Positions 58,045 to 64,000 of a stretch of DNA of 64,000 nt are shown here, piece after piece (position 1 is the stretch's first letter; each line of letters begins with the position of its first letter). This stretch comes from Candidatus Dojkabacteria bacterium (GTDB lineage: Bacteria > Patescibacteriota > Dojkabacteria > SC72 > JAFGCJ01): assembly GCA_016932785.1 (NCBI GenBank), contig JAFGCJ010000002.1, positions 337,777 through 401,776 of the forward strand. The letters are read 5' to 3'. The position numbers and the translations under genes were made by a program. Under the pieces are notes generated by a model. The model did not search any database. It was not told the origin of the DNA and worked only from the letters and a program-made list of their open reading frames with translations.

Positions 58045-59766
58045 TCAGTTCATTGAATGATAGATCCCAAAATCTGCCTCCGCAACTTCAGAAATACCCC
58101 GATAATCTTCAATCAAATCTTCAGATGTCTTATTCTGAGGTTTAACCAGAAAAGATCTCTCACCAATAGAACGTTGAACAATCCCCCCAAGACTGGAATG
58201 GATTTGATTCTGTCTAGAAGAACTCACCCCCTCATTGAAGGTAACAATAAAAGGCTCCATGGAAAATTTGTCCCTAATGGTACGCCAAAGTTCCGTTCTA
58301 CTTCTATCATATCCCAGTGCCCAAATGCCTATACCTCCCAAGTTTTTTGCGTTTACAAAGTCATATTTTGCACCAAGACTATTCGGATCATCGTAATATC
58401 CCTGCCAGTACTCAGGACCACCTGAAGGATCAGGCCAGCGATATCTATACCAGGTAAGTTTCTCCCCACTATCCCATTGGATTGTAGAGCTGTTGTGCCA
58501 GGCATCATACTTCGAGTCCACGACATTTCCATAGGTTGAAATCGCACCGTCTGCTATTACTGTTGCGTTTTTATAAGGCCAAGTACTACCACTTACTGGG
58601 AATTCAAGACCGTAATAAGGAACCCCCATTAATATCTTGTACCCGCGAGTCAGAGCAGCTATATCATTCATCGACCGGGAAACGTTGTACCAGTACTGCG
58701 CTCCGTAAAGAGGAGACTCCGGTCCAGCCATCTTGCCGCTAAAGTATGAGGTAGAATGAAAATCATATGACATCACCATTATATGATCCACTGAGGTTTT
58801 TCCCAAAGCATTGACATCATATAGAAGAGGATTTATACCCGATGTCGCAAGAATATCAACGCTTACATGCGAGCCAGGCCGTGCGGCATGAACTCTATCC
58901 GCGATTTCATCGACAAAACCCGCAAACCTCAGACGATTGGTTGAACTCGCTGTACCGATATACTCAAAATCTATGTTCACTCCGTCAGTATTTTTTGCTT
59001 CCATTTCATAGATGATATTATCTGCCAAACGATCGATAGCTGCAGGATTTGCAATTAACTGCTCAATACTAGGTTTATCAAAGTTTTTAATCGTCATCAC
59101 AACTTTTGTACCATTAGCATGAGCCTCACTTATGATATTTCTCATTATCTGACTGTTCCATCCTTCCCACCCGGATTTGTCTCCGCAAGAACTTTGACCA
59201 CCAACGCACACTTTAACTAAACTCCCATCTGGAAAACACGCAACCGAGAAATATGCTAGTACGCTAAGTTTATCCATTTGAAAATACTGCGAGTAAGAGT
59301 CAATTACCCAGTAAGGAGCAAATCCAAGTACTGTCTTTTTCAGATTTGTATTCGTCGGCGGAGTATAGGCACTAAAATCCCTAACTGAGGCATCCCGAAC
59401 TTCACGGTCATTTACCCCATCAAATTGATACTCTTTATCAGAATAATAGTCACTTTCAATTTGATGAACAGTCGTGGCGGGGTTCACAATAGGAACTCTT
59501 AAGGAAGCAACATCTGAATCAGATTTCTCACTAGTCTCACCTATCGAGCCTTCAACCGATTCACTTGATTGCTTATGGCCTTCAGGTTCTGTCCCGAGCT
59601 CCTGAGATGAATCATCGTTTGAAAATCCGCTTCCTATTTCCGAATCAGTAATTCTTATCTCATCATACGAACCTAAATTTGCATATACCAATACAGACAC
59701 CAGTAATGTCGAAAATGCTAAAACCATAACTAACCAAAAACGTCTTTTTAACACAGAATTTTTCAT
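58045..59766 (-). CDS. GH18 glycoside hydrolase, membrane-anchored
   Basis: DGVNIDFEY, VMSYDFH, GVPYYG, LGGIGIWALGYD. Confidence 0.92.
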   Translation of the reverse strand: MKNSVLKRRFWLVMVLAFSTLLVSVLVYANLGSYDEIRITDSEIGSGFSNDDSSQELGTEPEGHKQSSESVEGSIGETSEKSDSDVASLRVPIVNPATTVHQIESDYYSDKEYQFDGVNDREVRDASVRDFSAYTPPTNTNLKKTVLGFAPYWVIDSYSQYFQMDKLSVLAYFSVACFPDGSLVKVCVGGQSSCGDKSGWEGWNSQIMRNIISEAHANGTKVVMTIKNFDKPSIEQLIANPAAIDRLADNIIYEMEAKNTDGVNIDFEYIGTASSTNRLRFAGFVDEIADRVHAARPGSHVSVDILATSGINPLLYDVNALGKTSVDHIMVMSYDFHSTSYFSGKMAGPESPLYGAQYWYNVSRSMNDIAALTRGYKILMGVPYYGLEFPVSGSTWPYKNATVIADGAISTYGNVVDSKYDAWHNSSTIQWDSGEKLTWYRYRWPDPSGGPEYWQGYYDDPNSLGAKYDFVNAKNLGGIGIWALGYDRSRTELWRTIRDKFSMEPFIVTFNEGVSSSRQNQIHSSLGGIVQRSIGERSFLVKPQNKTSEDLIEDYRGISEVAEADFGIYHSMN

Positions 59767-59819
59767 TAATTAAGCTGTTACATTGTAGCACATATTTAAT
59801 GTTATAATGTGACTCTATT

Positions 59820-60599
59820 ATGGTATACCAAGAGTTTGCCTACACACTAATTGCTGGAATTATTCAGGGAATAACAGAAGTATTACCGGTATCAAGTTCT
59901 GGACATCTCATAATCGTTTCTGAGATTTTTGACCATAGCCTCACTCTATCTGAAATTGCAGTTCTTCATCTCGGAACTCTTGTCGCAATTATTATCGTGA
60001 CAAAGGACAAATTTAAACACCTAAAGAACCCTAAGGTTCTTTTTAACATTCTATTGAGCATAATACCTGCCGGAGTCATCGGTTTTTTCTTTGATGATTT
60101 AATAGAGGAGACTCTTCATGGCATCCTTGTTATCACATTATCCTTGATATTCTGGGGTATAGTTATGATCCTAACAGACCAAAGAACTAAAAAGTCCAAA
60201 TTCAAGATTAATGAAATAAATGAAATTACCCCCAAAGAGTCTATAATTGTGGGGCTAGGACAGTGTCTAGCTTTTATCCCCGGAACATCAAGGTCAGGTA
60301 TAACAACTCTTTTCGGCATATTCAGCGGTATTTCCCCCGATACGGCACTAAGCTTTTCATTTCTTAGTGGGATTCCGCTTATAGCAGCTTCCGGATTTTT
60401 CTCAGTTATAGACATGATTTCTGAGAAGGAAAACACTATGAATCTACCCTCCATACTTATTGCCCTTATTACTTCCCTGGTAACCGGAATTATAGCGGGA
60501 ATTCTGCTAAAGAAGTTCATAAAGAAAGGTATTCTTACTGTCTGTGGTGTCTACAGAATAATTCTTGCGATAGTACTATTTTCAGTATTCCTTCTATAA
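59820..60599 (+). CDS. uppP: Undecaprenyl-diphosphate phosphatase
   Basis: QGITEVLPVSSSGHL, PGTSRSGIT. Confidence 0.95.
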   Translation: MVYQEFAYTLIAGIIQGITEVLPVSSSGHLIIVSEIFDHSLTLSEIAVLHLGTLVAIIIVTKDKFKHLKNPKVLFNILLSIIPAGVIGFFFDDLIEETLHGILVITLSLIFWGIVMILTDQRTKKSKFKINEINEITPKESIIVGLGQCLAFIPGTSRSGITTLFGIFSGISPDTALSFSFLSGIPLIAASGFFSVIDMISEKENTMNLPSILIALITSLVTGIIAGILLKKFIKKGILTVCGVYRIILAIVLFSVFLL

Positions 60600-62237
60600 A
60601 TCAGAATCTCTTGTCAAGAAAGGAAGAAGATCCATACCTGTCATATCGCTTGTCGGCTGCAAGCCAAGCATTGAGAGAATAGTAACACCAACATCAGCAA
60701 GAATCCCACGTTCTACAGCTCCTGTTCCTGTTCCAATTTTGACTGACTTCTCAGCCGGAGGAAATACCTTCATTCCACGTCCGACTACAATAGGAACTGG
60801 ATACAAGGTATGAGCTGTATCAACAGCTCCTGTTAATTCATCAATCATGACATCACAATTACCATGGTCGGCAGTAACCAGGAATTGTCCTCGCATTTCA
60901 ATAACCTTCTGAACAATATCTCTTACACATTGATCGACAAACTCAACTGCCTGTACTGTTGCATCGAGTACACCTGTATGCCCAAGCATATCAGGATTTG
61001 CAAAGTTAACCAGGACAAAATCATAAGAACCAAGACCAAGCCTGTAAACAACCTCATCCCTTACAATTTCAGCACTCATCTTTGGGGTCTCAGAATACAG
61101 TTTAACCTTAGGCGAAGGAATACTAAAGAATTCTTCTCCCTCGTTTGGATCCTCTCTTCCGCCATTAAAGAAGTATGTCACGTGAGCACTTTTTTCAGTT
61201 TCAGCAATATGCAGCTGAGTCATCCCGGCAGAGCTTAGTACCGAAGAAACAGTAGAACGTATATGATGCGACTTGAACAGGACCTCAACAGGAAGATTCT
61301 CTTCATAACCCGTCATTGTAAGAAAGTGCAGATCCTTCACAAGCTTTTTCCTCTTAAATCCATCCCATTTGTCTAAAACAAAAGCCTTTGTTATCTGTCG
61401 CGCCCTATCCTCACGATAGTTGTAGAAAATTACAACATCTCGATCCTGCACAGGACCTACAGGAATACCATCATCATCAACAATGGTTGTTGGTTTGAAC
61501 AAATAATCATCCTCACCCTCCCTATACGCTTGCTGCAAAATCTCCATAGAGCTTTTGGCTTCCCGCTCCCCCTTACCCAGCATTGCCATGTAAGTAGCTT
61601 CCGTCCTCTCCCACCGATTATTTCGGTCCATAGCGTACCATCTCCCTGACATGGATGCTATTCTGCCTACTCCCAGATCCCGAATTTTCGCGTTGAGCAT
61701 ACTGAGGTAAACATATCCGTCTTTACTATTCGTATCTCTCCCGTCAAGGAAAACATGAATGAACGGATCTATTTTTCTCTGGGCACATATCTTCATTAGC
61801 TCAAAGAGGTGCTCTATATGACCATGCACACCACCAGCACTAAGTATTCCCACTAAATGTAGATTAGTTCCTCTCTTCCCCACCTCCTCCATAGCATTAA
61901 CAAGACTAGGAATATTGGCGAACTTGCCTGTACGGATAGAGTCATTAATCCTGGAAAGACTCTGATAAACTATTTGACCTGCACCAATATTAAGGTGGCC
62001 AACCTCCGAATTTCCCGGATTACCACGTGGAAGTCCGACCTCGTTACCAGAAGCCTTTAACAATGCATGAGGGCAACGGGTCCACAATGAGTCAAGGGTT
62101 GGAGTATCTGCAAGTAAAACAGCATTACCTCCATCTCCATCCTTAATGCCGAGACCATCTAGAATTATCAAAACACACGGCTTCTTCTTCACTGTAGTTT
62201 TATGACTTTTGATTGAGTTTGTAACATCCGAGCTCAC
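60594..62237 (-). CDS. gpmI: 2,3-BPG-independent phosphoglycerate mutase
   Basis: LIILDG, GNSEVGHLNIGAG, GRWYAMDR, NPDMLGHTG, TADHGN. Confidence 0.97.
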   Translation of the reverse strand: MSSDVTNSIKSHKTTVKKKPCVLIILDGLGIKDGDGGNAVLLADTPTLDSLWTRCPHALLKASGNEVGLPRGNPGNSEVGHLNIGAGQIVYQSLSRINDSIRTGKFANIPSLVNAMEEVGKRGTNLHLVGILSAGGVHGHIEHLFELMKICAQRKIDPFIHVFLDGRDTNSKDGYVYLSMLNAKIRDLGVGRIASMSGRWYAMDRNNRWERTEATYMAMLGKGEREAKSSMEILQQAYREGEDDYLFKPTTIVDDDGIPVGPVQDRDVVIFYNYREDRARQITKAFVLDKWDGFKRKKLVKDLHFLTMTGYEENLPVEVLFKSHHIRSTVSSVLSSAGMTQLHIAETEKSAHVTYFFNGGREDPNEGEEFFSIPSPKVKLYSETPKMSAEIVRDEVVYRLGLGSYDFVLVNFANPDMLGHTGVLDATVQAVEFVDQCVRDIVQKVIEMRGQFLVTADHGNCDVMIDELTGAVDTAHTLYPVPIVVGRGMKVFPPAEKSVKIGTGTGAVERGILADVGVTILSMLGLQPTSDMTGMDLLPFLTRDSDL

Positions 62238-62355
62238 CGTCTAATGAAGATACTTCATTAACATCAAATTGTCCAGAATCCAGATATTCTCTTATATTAA
62301 TTCCTGTATTTCGGATGATAAATGCTGTCGATTGAGTTATACTTCATAGTGAATT

Positions 62356-63450
62356 ATGGATAGCAAAATTTCAGAACTCAAAAAAAGAATAGCCCAGATA
62401 GTAGACTCTCTTGACATAAATGGGCTCAAAAATAAGAAAGGTGAACTCCAAACAGCTTCCATGGAGGAGGATTTCTGGAATAACCAAACTAGAGCTCAGC
62501 AGATTCTGCAGGAAATAAGTCAGATAGACGAAATAGTGTCAACAATAGAACAGCTTAAAGAAGAAATAAGTACAATTGAAGAGCTCTGGAAACTGGCACA
62601 AAAAGATGAATCCTCAGATAAAACCTTAATGGAAGGAGATTTAAAGGAACTTGAAGAGAAACTGAAAAAGTTTGAAGTTCTAAGATTTCTTTCAGATAAA
62701 TATGACAAGAAAGGCGCCATTCTTTCCGTATATGCAGGACAAGGCGGTACAGAAGCAAATGACTGGGCTGAGATGCTTCTCAGAATGTATCTCAGGTATG
62801 CTGAAAAGCAAGGTTGGAAGGCTGAGATAACACACAAAATTAAGGGTGACGAAGCTGGAATAAGTACGGCAACAGTTATAATCGAAGGCAAATATGCCTT
62901 CGGAATGCTAAAACATGAAAAAGGAACCCATAGACTAGTAAGGTTATCTCCCTTTAATGCCCAAAACCTCAGACAAACATCTTTTGCAGGAGTCGAGATC
63001 CTTCCGCTATTTGACGAAGATGACTCAAAGGAATTCGATATCAAAAGTGATGATATAGAATTTAAAGCCGTACGTTCAGGAGGTCCTGGAGGGCAGTATG
63101 TAAATAAAACATCAACAGCTGTAACAATTACTCATAAAGATACTGGAATAGTCGTCCAATCATCAGAGCATAGAAGTCAACACCAAAACAAACAAGCAGC
63201 ATTACAGATGCTTAAAGCAAAATTGTGGGAACTTGAGGAAGAAAAGAAAGAGAAAGAAAGAAAAAGAATTAAGGGAGAATACAAAGCTGCTGCATGGGGA
63301 AACCAGATAAGAAACTACGTTCTTCACCCGTATAAACTAGTAAAGGATCTAAGAACGAATGTCGAGATAACAGACCCTCAATCGGTACTAGATGGTAATC
63401 TAGACGAACTAATTGAAGCCGAGATCTTAATTGATAAGAATGAAAAATAA
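62356..63450 (+). CDS. prfB: Peptide chain release factor 2 (uninterrupted ORF)
   Basis: SPF specificity tripeptide, GGQ, WGNQIRNYV. Confidence 0.97.
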   Translation: MDSKISELKKRIAQIVDSLDINGLKNKKGELQTASMEEDFWNNQTRAQQILQEISQIDEIVSTIEQLKEEISTIEELWKLAQKDESSDKTLMEGDLKELEEKLKKFEVLRFLSDKYDKKGAILSVYAGQGGTEANDWAEMLLRMYLRYAEKQGWKAEITHKIKGDEAGISTATVIIEGKYAFGMLKHEKGTHRLVRLSPFNAQNLRQTSFAGVEILPLFDEDDSKEFDIKSDDIEFKAVRSGGPGGQYVNKTSTAVTITHKDTGIVVQSSEHRSQHQNKQAALQMLKAKLWELEEEKKEKERKRIKGEYKAAAWGNQIRNYVLHPYKLVKDLRTNVEITDPQSVLDGNLDELIEAEILIDKNEK

Positions 63451-63507
63451 ACTGTCCAAATAACACGCTTTGAATTTCACTTTTCCAAATGGCATAATAC
63501 ACTAGCA

Positions 63508-64000
63508 ATGGTAAGTTTCAAAAAAGTTACAAAGATATACGAGCCCGATATAGTAGCATTAAATAACGTTTCATTCGAAATTGAGGACGGGGAATTTATG
63601 TTCATAGTTGGCCCATCAGGTGCAGGAAAATCTACACTTATCAGACTTCTTATCAGACAGGAACTTCCAACCGAGGGAGATATTCTTTTCGACGACATAG
63701 ATGTCGCAAAGATTTCCAAAAAAATGCTACCGGTTTTCAGACAACACATTGGTGTCGTGTTTCAGGATTATAAACTTCTCGATACTAAGACAGTCAGGGA
63801 AAATATTGAGTTCGCACTAGAAATTACCGGAAAACCCGACGAAGAGATACAGGACACAACAGAGCGGCTCCTTGAGGTTGTTAGATTAAGCGACCGGGAT
63901 TATCTTTTTCCACCCCAGTTGTCTGGAGGTGAAAAACAACGAGCAGGAATCGCAAGAGCTCTCGCAAATGACCCTTCATTTCTCATAGCGGACGAGCCTA
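63508..64000 (+). CDS. ftsE: Cell division ABC ATPase FtsE (partial)
   Basis: Own translation: GPSGAGKST, GVVFQDYKLL, LSGGEKQR; prfB-ftsE order is common. Confidence 0.88.
   Translation, partial: MVSFKKVTKIYEPDIVALNNVSFEIEDGEFMFIVGPSGAGKSTLIRLLIRQELPTEGDILFDDIDVAKISKKMLPVFRQHIGVVFQDYKLLDTKTVRENIEFALEITGKPDEEIQDTTERLLEVVRLSDRDYLFPPQLSGGEKQRAGIARALANDPSFLIADEP

Noticed and set aside
787..63749. Numerous 60-175 aa ORFs antisense or out of frame within recognised genes (e.g. 24426..24917, 26906..27421, 62520..63044)
   Set aside because: They overlap well-supported genes and carry no recognisable motifs
1..64000. Alternative genetic code (TGA recoded), prophage or IS elements
   Set aside because: Conserved genes are full length in code 11, TGA ends genes normally and RF2 is present; no integrase, transposase or phage structural gene was recognised

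Overview
Bacterial chromosome segment that looks like a small-genome CPR/Patescibacteria organism. That assignment is inferred from gene content, compact overlaps, cohesin/Ig surface proteins and SD-poor short leaders; it reads in code 11. Most genes lie on the minus strand. Core genes: recO, secA, orn, yjbQ-like, dgkA, uppP, gpmI, prfB, a partial ftsE, tRNA-Lys(CTT), tRNA-Val(CAC) and a four-subunit 2-oxoacid:ferredoxin oxidoreductase operon. A large surface-glycosylation region holds GT2, GT4 and GT-C enzymes, a flippase, a priming transferase and an O-antigen-ligase-like/TPR protein. Best candidates for new biology: (1) two paralogous secreted Ig-stalk proteins (2418 aa and 1055 aa) in which a shared unnamed domain precedes different C-terminal peptidases (zincin versus M23), each followed by membrane-anchored partner genes, a layout resembling polymorphic effector systems; (2) an unannotated ~115-nt three-way-junction RNA at 25208-25323 with its own sigma70-type promoter and U-tail; (3) a 40-aa protamine/H1-like peptide and a ferredoxin lacking a canonical start codon, both absent from the ORF track; (4) a subtilase with six DWxYGxWKxEC repeats. 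All family calls come from motif recognition by eye, not database searches.
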